From: Octopus sinensis
Lineage: Eukaryota
Reading direction: 5' to 3'
Assembly: GCF_006345805.1 (NCBI RefSeq)
Contig: NC_043007.1
Span: forward strand, 27,404,001 to 27,468,000
DNA: 64,000 nucleotides
Part shown: positions 40,291-54,020 of the stretch, piece after piece
How the letters are laid out: each line of letters begins with the position of its first letter
How positions within the stretch are numbered: the first letter of the stretch is position 1
Translations under genes and position numbers: made by a program
The notes under the pieces: model-generated
Told to the model about the DNA's origin: nothing
Database searches by the model: none
Seen by the model: the letters and a program-made list of their open reading frames with translations, nothing else

Positions 40291-41537
40291 TGTGCCTATG
40301 GTAGAAAGGATTAATCAATTAAAAGAGCCGCTTGAAACAGCCGTAATGGCTTGACACCTGCACATATTCATAACTCGTTTATATTCTATTCACCTAACTT
40401 GGAAGCTGCGCTTGGGAAACGCTATAGAAAGTATCTTTATAAAATGTTCATGACTGAATTACCAAGATCAGATATCTTTGTTTACCTGGGTTGCGTTGTC
40501 TGTACACTGTGCGTCTCCACAGTTTAAAGGACTGTGTGTTTGAGCGTGTGCGCGTGTGGGCGTGCTGTCGTGTGTGTGTGTTCCTAAATCTTGACAATCG
40601 TCATTGGATTGCTTACATTCCCGTAACTTAGCGGTTCGGCAAGCGAACGATAGTATAAGCGCCAGATTTTGAAAATAAGGTATCTTGGGATCGATGTGTT
40701 CCATTTAACCCTTCAAGGCGATCCTAAAGGTGTAACTCAACGACTGAGACATATAAAAGGGACACAATAAAAGATAAACGACAAAAATGGATGTCATTCG
40801 ATCTCATTTAATACTATTTAGATATTATGAAGGCGGTGGTTGTAGAAAGAGAGGGGGAGAGAGATGGGGAGAGAAAGAGAGTGGGAAAGAGAGAGAGAGA
40901 GGGGAGGACAGGAATATCTGGAGCTGTATTGCATTTTGTTACCCAATTCCCTGTTGCGTTCTAAAAGATGCTGATTCTTAACAACAGTTTCATATAATCG
41001 ATCAATGTATTTAATTATTTAGATTCTGAACGAGACAGAATTGTATGGCTAGATAAATGCAAAAAAAAAAAAAACATTAAAAAACAAAAAAAAAATCGAA
41101 ACCGCAAAACCTTTATTTCGCCAATTCAAAGATTACAAGAAATATCGTTGGAAATATTCCTAAATCGGTTCCAGTGCCAGCTAGTTTAAGAAATTTAGAA
41201 TTCTCTCTTAACGACCCGTAGACCTCCAATTATTATTACTACACGGTTTTCTTTTGTTTCACAGCAAACTTTTGAGTAAATTACTTTCTCCGGTTTTTAT
41301 ATTTCTTCATAATCGCTTTTTACCGTTGTCATCTACCCTGGGATATTGTGTCTGTAATAACACGATTGTTGCTCTTTTCTATCTCCGCCATATTTTGTTG
41401 GCTGCCTTCTGCAGCGTTATTGAATTGTAGCTTAGAGTAGCTTGGAATTTCATTAGGTTCACACGCACATGTACCTGCGAACACACACACACGCAACACT
41501 CACACAACGATGTATATGTGTATGGAAGTAGATATAC

Positions 41538-42621
41538 ATATATGCTTGGTATTCCTGCTTGCCTGAGGACATCTTTGTTGGGGATATGATTCTGCCATTT
41601 GATGCGGAGGATTTTTCGGAGGCAGCGCAGGTGAAAGATGTTTAGGCGACGCTCTTGGCGTGTGTATAGCGTCCAGGTCTCGCTTCCATACAGTAGAGTT
41701 CTGAGTACACATGCCTGGTAGATCTTCATTTTCGTGGTCTTGGTCAGCTTATTGTTGTCCCAAGCCCGTTTGGGGAGTTGGGCCATCGCAGCAGCTGCCT
41801 TGCCAATGCGTATATTGAGCTCAGCGTCAAGAGATAGGTTGTAGGTGACGGTAGAGCCCAGATAGGTAAACTTCTCCACCTCTTGTAATCTGTGGTCTCC
41901 AATATGTATGTTTGGGATGTCCGATGTAGCATGGCCCATGATGTTGGTCTTCTTAAGGCTGATAGCTAAGCCAAAGTCGTTACATGCTTGCTCAAAACAG
42001 TTAATGAGCCTTTGGAGGGCTTCTTCTGTGTGTGTTACCAGAGCGGCATCATCAGCAAATAACATCTCCTTGATCAGGACTTTTCTGATTTTGGTCTTGG
42101 CACGCAGGCGCGAGAGATTGAACAGTTTCTCGTCACTTCTACTGTGCAGAAACACTCCATCATCTGATGTCTGAAAGGCATGTGAAAGTAAGAGTGAGAA
42201 GAAGATGCCAAACAATGTAGGAGCGAGGACACAGCCTTGCTTTACCCCGTTTTTTATTTGGAAGGCAGCTAATGTTGAACCGTTGTGCTGTATGGTGCCT
42301 TGCATGTCATCATGGAAAGACTTGATGATCCTCAGCAGCTTTGATGGACATCCGATTTTTTGGAGCAGGAGGAAGAGGCCTAGATCAATGAAGGCCATAT
42401 ATAATGGCATTTTCTGCTCTCTGGACTTCTGAAGTTGGCGTATGGAGAATATCATATCGACAGTTGATCTGCTTCTTCTAAAGCCACACTGCGATTCCGG
42501 ATAGATTCGAGAAGCAAGTAGTTGTAGCCTGGCCAGGATAACGCAGGCAAACGTCTTTCCAACAGTGCTTAGAAGGGATATACCACGGTAATTGTTACAA
42601 TCACCACGGTCACCTTTGTTT
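41538..42621 (-). mobile_element. RTE-clade LINE reverse transcriptase segment (inverted 5' part of the insertion)
   Basis: Stop-free frame NKGDRGDCNNYRGISLLS, PESQCGFR, GVKQGCVLAPTLF, LFADD, YLGS, ending RQAGIPSIY; apparent in-frame losses (no KAFD after AFIDL). Confidence 0.95.
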
Positions 42622-43110
42622 GACGTATGAGATGGCTTGGGCATGTTAGCCGTATGAAAGATGGCAGAATCCCCAAGGACATACTCTACGGAGAGCTTGC
42701 TAGGGGTACTAGGTCTGTGGGTAGACCGATCTTACGTTACAGGGATGTTTGCAAAAGGGATATGAAGGCCTGCAGCATCAATATTAGCGGTTGGGAGGCA
42801 GTTGCCGGCAACCGTGCAGAATGGCGACGTACAGTAAAAGAGGGAATACAAAAGAGTGACAGAGAGAGAGAGGAGAAATGGAAAGAAAGGAAGAGACATA
42901 AACAAGAGACTATGGCACTACAACCAGCCAGGAACAGTCTTCGCTACATTTGCGGTACCTGCCAGAGGGAGTGTTTGTCCAGGATAGGACTACACAGCCA
43001 CAGCAGGAAATGTATCAGGACATGAAATATAAAAGCCGGACTAGACTACAAAAAAAAACATGCGCAACTCCATTGTCTCCGAGACAGAAAGGATGCCAAT
43101 ACAATACAAT
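42622..43110 (+). mobile_element. RTE-clade LINE 3' end (ORF C-terminus, 3' UTR, (ATACA)n tail)
   Basis: RWLGHVSRMKDGRIPKDILYGEL..GRPILRYRD...CGTCQRECLSRIGLHSHSRKC*; tail CAATACAATACAATAC. Confidence 0.95.
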
Positions 43111-43160
43111 ACATATATATATATAATAATATATATATATATATATATATATCAATATAC

Positions 43161-43205
<45 letters not shown>

Positions 43206-43276
43206 GTGACCTCGTGTGTACCGTTGGCGATTTTTTTTCCTCTGTCTTCCCTTCTCAGGATCTTTCCTTCTCCTAT

Positions 43277-43311
43277 GTTTCCGACGAAGAGTTCCGCTCG
43301 AAACGTTAGAC
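43277..43311 (+). ncRNA. Minimal hammerhead variant, family B (U4C core, extra A)
   Basis: GTTT CCGACGA A GAGT TCC GCTC GAAA CGT T / AGAC; stems I and II pair with one G-U wobble each; ACGT palindrome. Confidence 0.6.
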
Positions 43312-43505
43312 CCTCCTTCTTTCCTTCTTTCCTGAGCGTCCAATGATACTATATTTGTTCCACGTCCTCGCGTTGTTGTGTTTTTTTGTGCTTTCTTGTT
43401 TGGATTAACTTTACATATATATATATATATACATACATGGATTTGTATAACTTATATATCTATAGACATATGTATATACATACATATATATATATACACA
43501 TATGA

Positions 43506-43574
<69 letters not shown>

Positions 43575-43582
43575 TCTATTGA

Positions 43583-43833
43583 GTCTGGGGAGAGTGATTC
43601 TCTTTTAATGCCTTACAATTTAACACACACACAGGCAAATTTTCTACTCATTTATTTATTTTTCTAAAGTTTTCTTTGCGTATTGCAACTTTTTTCAATA
43701 GAGTCAACAGCTATTGAAAAGTGTGTACGGCGCAACGAAAATTTTAGAAAAATAAATAAGTAAATGAGTGGAAATTTCCCGGTGAGTGTGGGTTAAATGA
43801 TAAGGGACCAAAAGATAATGACTCTCCCCAGAC
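43583..43833. repeat. ~250-bp imperfect palindrome of the same family as 14127-14248
   Basis: Arms meet at CTTTTTTCAATAG-agtcaacag-CTATTGAAAAG; a single arm also lies at 23720-23850. Confidence 0.88.
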
Positions 43834-44291
43834 ACAACAGAATATGCTTCAACACACGAACTCACATGAAGGATCTTGCAAGGTATGTTGATAGATGCGT
43901 GTTTATGTGTATGAATGTAATAAATGCATTTATATTTATGAATCTGTGGGTGAACATATGTTCGTGTGTAAACACACACACGCGCTGTGATATTTACTTC
44001 TTCATATCAATCATGCTTCTTAATTTAACATATTCAAACTTTCTATTAAAGAAGTTTCTCACTAAATTTCAACTCTATCTTCATGAATATCCGTTTCGGT
44101 ATCCATCGGCTCCTGTCTCCCACCTCACTCTCTCTGTATTCATATACACATATATAGAGTTACACACACACACACACACACATATATATATTATATATAT
44201 ATATATACATATATATTCATATATGTATATATACAAATAAATATATACATGTATATATATATATGTATATATATATATCTATATCTATATC

Positions 44292-44428
<137 letters not shown>

Positions 44429-44942
44429 GCGCTTCTGTGTATATGCATGTTCGGATGAATACACTTACGTCAGTCCTTATGCTGCCATACCTGTCTACAT
44501 ATCTCGATGTCTATCAGAATAATATAATTCATTACTTCCCGCACTTTTTTCCCTCTAATTATTACTTTCTGTATATACATCATTTTCTTCATTATAATTA
44601 AGTATACTTCAACATGAAATATCTGAATTCAAATTTATTAATTTCCTTATTTATGGCTCATCGTGTCTCTTCAATTATATTTCACGCTGCTACTCCATTT
44701 TTTCTTACCTAAACTATCAAAACCATCCTGATATTCACGTTTCCATTCTGTCGAGGTTTCGCCCATATATTGTTACACTGACCTCATAAAAATTATTTTT
44801 ATCACATTTGCCTCTCAAACTTTCTCTTATTAACTTTCGTCTACACAAATTCGTTTATAATATATCTTTTTCATTATCTCGTTGCACTATTCTCCAGATT
44901 ATATTTACGTTACATATTCGTTTATGAAATTTTGCTAACGTA

Positions 44943-44986
<44 letters not shown>

Positions 44987-45146
44987 CATCTATATCTCTC
45001 TATATAGATATGCATATACACATAAATATACCTGCACACACGCACAAATATATGTATATGCACTATACATATTCATATACATATATATATGTAAATTTAT
45101 ATACATACACACAGCCACACACATGTATATATATGTGTGTGTGTGC

Positions 45147-45185
<39 letters not shown>

Positions 45186-45230
45186 TGTAACCGTATGCAT
45201 AAATACATACATATATATACATACATACAA

Positions 45231-45304
<74 letters not shown>

Positions 45305-45529
45305 TATATATATACATGTGTATATATGTATATATATGTGTGTCTGTATACGAATATGGATATTTGTACTTATTATAATTATGTGAGTGTAATTGTGTGT
45401 GTATGTGTATGAGGGAGTAATTTTCACGTGTTTTCTGTTTTCACTGAAATGTTAAGTTATATAAAAAATTTTTTTAGAAGGATACTGATATCGCAGTTTG
45501 GTGCAGATAATAAGGAAAATTCTACTGTT

Positions 45530-45530
45530 T

Positions 45531-45570
<40 letters not shown>

Positions 45571-45870
45571 CACCACCACCACCACCACTACTATTAGTGC
45601 TGTGGCTGCTTCTCCTGCTACTGCTACCACTACTACCGCTGCTGGTGACGTTACTACTACTACTACTACTACTACTACTCCTAGTTACTCTGCTGCTTTA
45701 ATTTTTTTTACAGCTGGTGCAGCAACTACCATATTTCGTACTAATATTGCGCTACGAAACGATAATGACTATGATAATGGCAATTATAATAATAATGGTG
45801 ATTGTGATGATGATGATAATATTGACAACGTTGTTGATGATGATGATAATGATGATGATGGCGATGATAT
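45530..45870. repeat. (ACT)n and (GAT)n microsatellites
   Basis: Direct reading. Confidence 0.9.
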
Positions 45871-46507
45871 AGCTCGAACACGACTTCTATCCTGCAGCTA
45901 GAAATCTGTATTGGAAGAAGTATGTTATGGCGGGAAAAAAATATAATAATAATACATCGCAATATGAATGCTGTGAAAGAACGCATTGTACGACGAGTTT
46001 GAAACGACATAAGAAAAATGAAGTGTAAGATAGGCTCACACACAGACAGAGACACAAACACATACATAAACACACACACATACAGGCAAATACACACGCA
46101 CTCTCCCGCCCTTTCTCTCTCTGTCTCTCTCAAAGAAAACACACATCGAGGCTCTTATTGACTCGTAGAAGTCACACGCAAGAATATGCATGCAGATTAC
46201 ACAAATTTTACACAAATTTTATATTTCAAAAGTATCTGTGTGTGTGTGTGTGTGTGTCTGCTTGTATGTGCGTTTGCTTCTATGTGCGTGCCTGTGTGTG
46301 TAGGTGTAAATATTTATATGTTCTTTTATTCTTTTACTTGTTTCAGCCATTTGTATGCGGCCATGCTGGTGCACCGGCTTTAGTCGAGCAAATTAACCCC
46401 AGGTCTTTTTCTTTTCCCCTTTTGCCGAACCGCTAGGTTACAGGACCGTAAACACACCGGCATCGGTTGTCAGACACACACAAGCACACAAACATATACG
46501 GACTCAT

Positions 46508-46541
<34 letters not shown>

Positions 46542-47069
46542 CTCTTATAATAAAAGGCAGATTTTATCTGCCTCCCTTTGTCACTTATAGAAATCTACAA
46601 TATAGGATTTCTTCAATTACAATTTACCTAGCATTTTTAAGAGTAGAATGCATCGAGTCATGCCAGGTCCAGTTTTTAAAATTTAAAACTCCAATTAGGC
46701 AAAATTTACAGAAAACTCACATTCTGGTGTGTATGTCAAATGCTTTTCTTAGTCTGGTTTACAGCACACGCAAACGTACACACACAGTGTGCAACGAATA
46801 AAGTGAAACTAATTCACTGTGTGTGTGTTGACAGGTAGACAATAGAATACGATGGCGATGGCGATGGCGATGTAATATTTGTTTCTGTCTATCACGCTGA
46901 TAGATACATGAGTAAAATGTATGGCAAGCTAAGAGATAAGAGTGAGTGAAAATGTTCTTGGAAGAGAGTAAATAGCGACAGAGTGATTTGAGGAAGACTA
47001 AACTGAAAGTATGAAACAGTGTTTATGTATAAACAGACGACACTTATATATAGTTATGTATGCATCCGT

Positions 47070-47390
47070 TTAACCCTTTTGTTACCAAACCGCCTGAATT
47101 TACCTATTCATATTTAAATGAGAATATCAGAGTAAATCTCTTTAGTACATTCGTGAAAACACGTATTATACTTCGTAAACACTTCAAATACAGTTTTGTA
47201 CAAAAATCGAAGTGTAATTTTAATTCCGTGAATTATGGGAGATTTTTTTCCGAAATTTGTTCCTATTGTGTTTTCAAAATTTGTAATTCTGACAAAAAAT
47301 GGATACGAATTTCATTATATCAAGCAGCGAGTCAAAATTCGAAGGATTTTCTACTGAAGACCTTCATAAATCTAACTCTATGACTGAAAA
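47070..47390 (+). mobile_element. Possible piggyBac-like MITE, left end only
   Basis: TTAA|CCCTTT terminus at 47070; no matching right end seen. Confidence 0.3.
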
Positions 47391-47398
47391 AAAAAGCA

Positions 47399-47793
47399 TC
47401 TTTATATAAGAGTGAAGTTGTGTGTCTGTCTCCTACGATTTAGATTCGTAACTACTCCCACATTTTGCGATGCAGTTTAACCAAAAGCGGGTATCTTATA
47501 GTCGTGATTCATATCGAGCCCTTCTGGGTATTAGCGCGCGTCTACGATGAGTCTACGATTTAAAAAAAATTTACCATCATATTTTTCCATTTTAATGCAT
47601 TTTTTTCGCCTTTATATAAGGGAAGTAACTCTCTAAAAATATCTACGATGTGTCAACGATTTAAAAAAAAATTTACCTTAATTTCTTTTCAATTTTTAAT
47701 GCATTTTTTTGCTATTTTTTGGCTATAACTCTCTAAAAATGCTTATATAGTTATTTCCCTTACAACCCGAGCAACGCCGGGCGATACTGCTAG
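47399..47793 (+). mobile_element. Non-autonomous Helitron
   Basis: Inserted as A|TC...CTAG|T; 3' hairpin CCCGAGCAACGCCGGG at 47766-47781; internal ~100-bp duplication. Confidence 0.88.
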
Positions 47794-47975
47794 TATATAT
47801 ATATATATGTACGACGGACTTCATTCAGTTTCCGTCAAGGGTCTGGTCGGCCGGAGGCTATAGCAGAAAACACTTGCCCAACGTGCCAAGCAGTGGGACT
47901 GAACCCGGAATCATGTGTAATCCGAGTAAGTTTGCTCTGTAACAATATATACAGATATATATATTTATATATTAA

Positions 47976-48165
47976 AGCGGCGAGCTGGCAGAAACGTTCG
48001 CACGACGGGCGAAATAGCGTTATTTCGTCTATGTTTGCGTTCTGAGTTCAAAATCCGCCGAAGTCGACTTTGCATTTCATCATTTCGGGGTCGATAAATA
48101 AAGTACCAGTTGAATACTGGTGTGGATCTAATCGACTAGCCCCACCTTGTGCCTAGAGTAGAAAA
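47976..48165 (+). mobile_element. SINE S3 copy
   Basis: GCGGCGAGCTGGCAGAAACGTT...GTTCAAAATCCGCCG...GGGGTCGATAAATAAAGTACCAG. Confidence 0.85.
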
Positions 48166-48366
48166 GAATATATATAGTTATAATTCGTTCTTTCATTTTA
48201 GTTTATTTTGAGATGTAGCCTGTATAATCCGAGTATGTTTGCTCTATGACAAAATATATATTTATACTTCATTGTTCATTTTGAGTGTCCATTGTTTTCT
48301 TCTTGTGTACATGTATATACATATATACATGCATACATACATACATACATACATACATACACACAT

Positions 48367-48401
<35 letters not shown>

Positions 48402-49087
48402 TATATGTGTGTGTGTGTGCGTGTGCGTTCCTGTAAAGAAATGTACTAAAACGACCAAGAAGAAACATTTTAGGGGTTAGAAAAATCCCTTGCGGTATTT
48501 TTCCGTCTTCTTTACACACTGTGTCTGTGTTGTGTAAATGTTTCTCCCCCACCTCATCTCTTGGCAACCGATGATGGTGTGTTTACGTCCACGTACCTTA
48601 GCAGTTCGGCAAATGTTTCGATAAAATATGAGCCAGACCTAATGAAAACACGTAACTAGTGCATCCGATACATTCGAATGAAAACCTCTTTGGCGTTGCA
48701 ACATGATGGCCGCAGTCCAATGAGTGAGACAAGCAAGAGATAAAATATGAAAATCGTTAAAATTTAAACTACGTCTAGTTACAAGGGCTAACTGCAACTT
48801 TTCACACGTATGCTTTTTACATTTTGAGCTAGGAAAAATATTTAGACGCACACTTTCTCATGTAAGTACATAATGTAACATAAATATGTTTTTGAGAAAA
48901 AATCAATTAAACATATTTAATAAGAATGTAAATCAAGCGCGTCCGAATCTCTGCTTTTAGCGATGTGATGGTACTAACATTGATTTCTTTCCGTTGGAAG
49001 ATGGCCAAAAACCTTTTTTGATAGAGTGCTGTAACAGATTATATTGACCTAGTGTGCATAACTTGATAATGATATCAATTACTACGG

Positions 49088-49464
49088 CTCTCCGTCGGTT
49101 ACGAAACCGAGGGTTCCAATTGATCCGATCAACGGAACAGCTTGCTTGTGAAATTAACGTGCAAGTGGCTGAGCACTCCACAGACACGTGTACCCTTAAT
49201 GTACTTCTCGGGGAGATTCAGCGTGACACAGAGTGTGACAAGGCTGGCCTTTGAAATACAATTAAAACAGAAACAAGAAGAAAGAGTGAGACAAAACTGT
49301 GATGAAAGGGTACAGCAGGGTTCGCTACCACCCCTTGCCGGAGCCTCATGAAGCTTTAGTTGCTTCCGCTTAATAAACACTCACAACACCCGGTCTGGGA
49401 ATCGAAACTGCGATCTTACAACCGTGTGTCCGCTGCCATGACCACTGGTCCAATGCGCCTCCAC
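49088..49464 (-). mobile_element. Full SINE S1 (module i)
   Basis: Reverse complement of the 26183-26560 plan. Confidence 0.88.
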
Positions 49465-51807
49465 TATGATATAAATATGACGGGGATGAAAGATAAATTC
49501 GACCCTTGCAGTAGGACTCGGCAAATATTTAAATAATTGTAAATACTGCTAAGCTTTAAGCATTATGCAAAGATTATTTGACTGGCTTATCTCCGCATTG
49601 TTGTGTGATTAAGGGTTTTGGTTTTCAATTGTGTGTATTCGGTTTTAGTTACTCTGTGCCGCATCTTGTGTATGAATCTTCTATTGTGGCCCCGGGTTGA
49701 CTAATGAGTTTCGAATGAATCGGAATGAATCGGTATGTGGAAACCTGTCTATGTATGTATGTATGTATGTATGTATGTATGTATGTATGTATGTACGTAT
49801 GTATGTATGTATTTGTGTGGTAAGTAGCTTGCTTACCGACCACGTGGTTTCGGATCTATAATAAAGGCGGCTTATTCGCAATTTACAACCGAAAGGGAGA
49901 TGTATATACCTTACTAAAGTGACAAGTAAGTTATTATATAGGTGCTTTTTCGTAACTATAAGTTGTTTTCACCGTTATTTCTAGCAACGCTGGGGCTAAC
50001 TAGTAACCTTTGTCACTTGAGTGGCGTCTACAAACAAATGTGTGTATGTGTGCGTGAGTGTGTTTGAGTGTATGTGTTTATGTGCGTTTGTGTGTGTATG
50101 TGTATTGGTGTCTGCATTTATCTTCCACCTCTAGACAACCGTTTTTGTATGGTTTAGCTGTTGTGTATTAGCATCACGGTAACAGAGATCAGTAGATACT
50201 TACCATATTTAAACAAATGGAGCGGGGGTTGATCTCTTTGACTAATATCATCCAAGACGGTGCCTCAGAAAGCTTGAAGTCTAGCAAGAGAAAAAAGTAA
50301 GAGGTACAATTCTGTGAATTATCTCCAATACTTCAGTTTACATTTATGCATTTACAGAACACAATTGAAAGTGATGTTTCGCTTAGCCAAATGCTGGAAT
50401 GTAACATCTTCGGTGCTGTAACCCTCATCGCAATATTGGATTTGGCATATTTGCTAATAAAAAAATCCTTCACGTTGGTTTAAGATCTTTATTACGAGAG
50501 AATAAAGAATAAAGCTTCGTTTCCATTATGTCAGTTGCTCCTTCTAGTCGCGTGTATAATAAAAGATTAAAAAAACTTGCCGTCGAATATGCTAAACCAT
50601 TTTATTTTCAAAACACCATACATCGAAATAAAATCTAAATCTCTTGAGTTAATGGAAGTCAAATAAAACAGAAGTTAATTAGTTCTATAATGATTTCTTA
50701 AGTTAACTTGCAAGTTAAGTCGTTAACGAAAATGTTAACTTCGTTAATTAACGATTAACGGATTAGCAGTTTGGTGCCAAGGTTTTCTGTATACGTCGAA
50801 ATAAACGGGAGTGGACGAATAACAGAAATGGGTAAGATTAAAAGCATGATGAAGTGATGCTGAGTCTGCAGAAAAATCAGAATTCAAGGAAGGCTAATCG
50901 ACATATTACTGAGATTGCATAAAGGAACATAGAAACATTATGAATAGTAAAGAGATGATTATAATAATGTTAATATTGATGAAGACGATGAAGCTTTGTC
51001 GTGTAGCAATCTGTAATGCTTTTATTTCGCAGAGCCGGTTGGTTCGGCGAGGAAATATCGTACATACGCAACTAGAATATCTGTTGGATTGCAGCAGTGC
51101 ACAACACCATATTTGTAATAAAAATTCCTACATTCTGCAACATTACATTTGCTTTCGGCGATGGCTTTGTTCAGGAGCCATTGTAGGCTTTATACAAAAT
51201 GATTCTATTGTTGAGCCCCTACGACGTTTGTAAACAAACTGCATTTGTCAAACTAGAAAACTACCCAAACCGCGGTTTTTTTTTAATAAATATTTCTTAC
51301 AACGATACTAGATTTTTTTCCTAAGCCTGTATGTTATATCGCTAAAAACACAGACGTGAATACAACGGAAGTAATCGGACAATATAAGTATAAAATTATA
51401 TAAACCATACAGTTTTATTTATAAATACATCAACGATAATATGAATGGGCATATTGACAAAATCCTCGATACACATATGGGAAAATGTATTACAAATAGC
51501 TAATAATATAGCGGCGAAGCGCGTGAAATAAAAGCCTCTTGTCCAAAACATATCAGAAAGATGCAAGCACACGAATAAACTGCTAATGTCTATTTGATTT
51601 GTCTTTTGATGGCGGACGTGGAAGTTATGTTGTAAAATTCATAACTCTAGCTGTTAGTTTGATCTTAAGAATATAATGTTTATTCGCAGGATCAGCAAAC
51701 TCTAAGAACAAGAATCAATTGTTATACAATACAATACATAAGTACTAGGCTTACATTTTTGTACTTTTTATACATACACACATACATACATATGTATGTA
51801 CATACAT

Positions 51808-51844
<37 letters not shown>

Positions 51845-51857
51845 TACATATATACAT

Positions 51858-51888
<31 letters not shown>

Positions 51889-51954
51889 TACATACATACA
51901 TACATACATACATACATACATACATACATACATACACAAACACACACACACACA

Positions 51955-51985
<31 letters not shown>

Positions 51986-52088
51986 TGTACGCGCTCGTCG
52001 GTATGTAGATCAGGGGCGGCCGTGGTACGAACACATCACTTAAATTTATCAGCAGTATGTTCACTTACCAAACTTTGCTGCTGCTGCT

Positions 52089-52455
52089 GTTTGTTTGTTG
52101 AGCGAAGCGATCTTCGTCCTAGAAGTCCGAATCATGGTCCTTTGCTATTCGTAAGACCTGCAGAAGAGAAAGCAGGTCAAACCCCGACACCGAGAGCATC
52201 GACGGATGGATGAATACGCATCCAGGCTCAGCGGTTGCGTAGGAAGTCGGGGACAAGAAACAGGAAGAAAGAGTGAGAGAAAGTTGGAGCGAAAGAGTAC
52301 AACAGGGGTCGCCACCACCCCCTGCCGGAGCCTCGTGGATCTTTAGGTGATTTCGCTCAATAAACACACACAACGCCCGGTCCGGGAATCGAAACCGCGA
52401 CCGATCCTCCGTCCGCGAGTCCGCTGCCCTAACCGCCGGGCCATTGCGCCCCTAC
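52089..52455 (-). mobile_element. Full SINE S1 with alternative module ii and 14-bp TSD
   Basis: TSD TTGCTGCTGCTGCT at 52075-52088 and 52456-52469; tail (AAAC)n. Confidence 0.9.
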
Positions 52456-52854
52456 TTGCTGCTGCTGCTTTTCCTATAAGTGAACCATACTTTGTCTGAT
52501 ACCATGTACATTGTTCCACTGAGCAAACCTCGAGTTTAATTTCTTTGTTTCAATCGATTCACATTATTAAAATAGTTTATGATAATTAACAATTCGAATA
52601 TTCGTGTTATCACTATTTAATTATTCATTCAGTTTGCTTGTTGCATAAAATCTTTTAAAAAATCATTCTCACACAAAATGGAAGAGAATTATCATGAGGT
52701 GTATTGTTTGTTGTTGATGATTCAGTAATGGATAATCAATTCCGCTGTATATTTATTGATTATTAGTAAATCATTTTCCATTGTTACTTCCATGTAGTCT
52801 AAAGAAACAGAGTTGTTACATTGTCTTAAACCGAGCGATGTGTGTGTGTGTGTA

Positions 52855-52895
<41 letters not shown>

Positions 52896-52984
52896 ATTTG
52901 TTAAGTGTCTGTTCGCCCTTAAAGCAGGGTAACGCAACGTAAAAGTCAACTGAATTAAATTGCACAGACAGTACTATGTCAATT

Positions 52985-53280
52985 TTACTATTTATATAAT
53001 AATAACCATCATCATCATCATCGTCGTCGTCGTCATCGTTGTCGTCATCATAATCTTCATCATCATTACCATCCTTATCATCATCATCATTGTCGTCGTC
53101 GTCGCCGTCGTCATCATCATCATCATCATTTTCAACATCATCCTCATCGTCATCATTATTTTAATCCTCATTCACATCATCATACTCATCGTCGTCGTTA
53201 TCATCATCATCATCATCATCGTCTTCATCGTCGTCGTCGTCATCATCATCATCATCATCATGACTATCATCATCATGGAC
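52985..53280. repeat. (ATC/GTC)n triplet array
   Basis: Direct reading. Confidence 0.9.
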
Positions 53281-53625
53281 CAATGTGAAATAAAATGAAG
53301 TGATTCCGACTGAGGTCGACTTTGCTTTCTTCCTTTCGGGGTCAATTAGTTAAGTGCTAGTTACGCACTGCGGTCGATATATAATCAACTTAACCTCTTT
53401 GTCCTTGCTGGTGTCCCCTATGTTTAGTCCCCTTTGTGGGTAATAAAGAAATAAGTATTTCTGTATATTTCATATCCTAATAATAAATTTTTCATTCATC
53501 TATATTTTACATTTGCTGTCTAGAAGATATCCTTGAAATAATTACACAATGATTTTTTTCAGGTCCCCATTTATTATAGATTGTAAAGACCTTCTTTCTT
53601 TCCTCTCAATAGTAATTATCTTAAA

Positions 53626-54020
53626 GGCGGCCAGCTGGCAGAAACGTTAGCACTCCGGGCGAAATGTTTACCTATATTTCGTCTGCCGCTACGTTCTGAG
53701 ATCAAATTCCGCCGAGGTCGACTTTGCCTTTCATCCTTTCGGGGTCGATAAATTAAGTACCAGTTACGCACTGGGGTTGATGTATTCGACTTAATCCCTT
53801 TGTCTGTCCTTGTTTGACCTCTATGTGTCTAGCCCCTTGTGGGTAGTAAAGAAATAGGATAATTAGCACGCAGAGCACAATAATTTGCAGAATTTGGCTA
53901 GTCTGAACGTTCTGGGTTCAAATACCGTCGAGGTCGACTTTGCCTTTCATCCTTTCCGGGGTTATAAATTAAGTACCATTTGAACAGTGGGACTGATGTA
54001 ATCGATTAGCACCCACCTCC
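53626..54020 (+). mobile_element. SINE S3 full unit plus second unit (another partial copy at 53305-53460)
   Basis: GGCGGCCAGCTGGCAGAAACGTTAGCAC head; two GTCGACTTTGCCTTTCATCCTTTC blocks. Confidence 0.88.

Noticed and set aside
50700-50762. Cluster of GTTAAC/TTAAC motifs
   Set aside because: Could be transposon subterminal repeats, but no TIR or TSD found and the sequence is low complexity
50940-51233. 97-aa ORF with a nearby acceptor-like TTTCGCAG
   Set aside because: No recognisable domain, no donor site, and no linked exons
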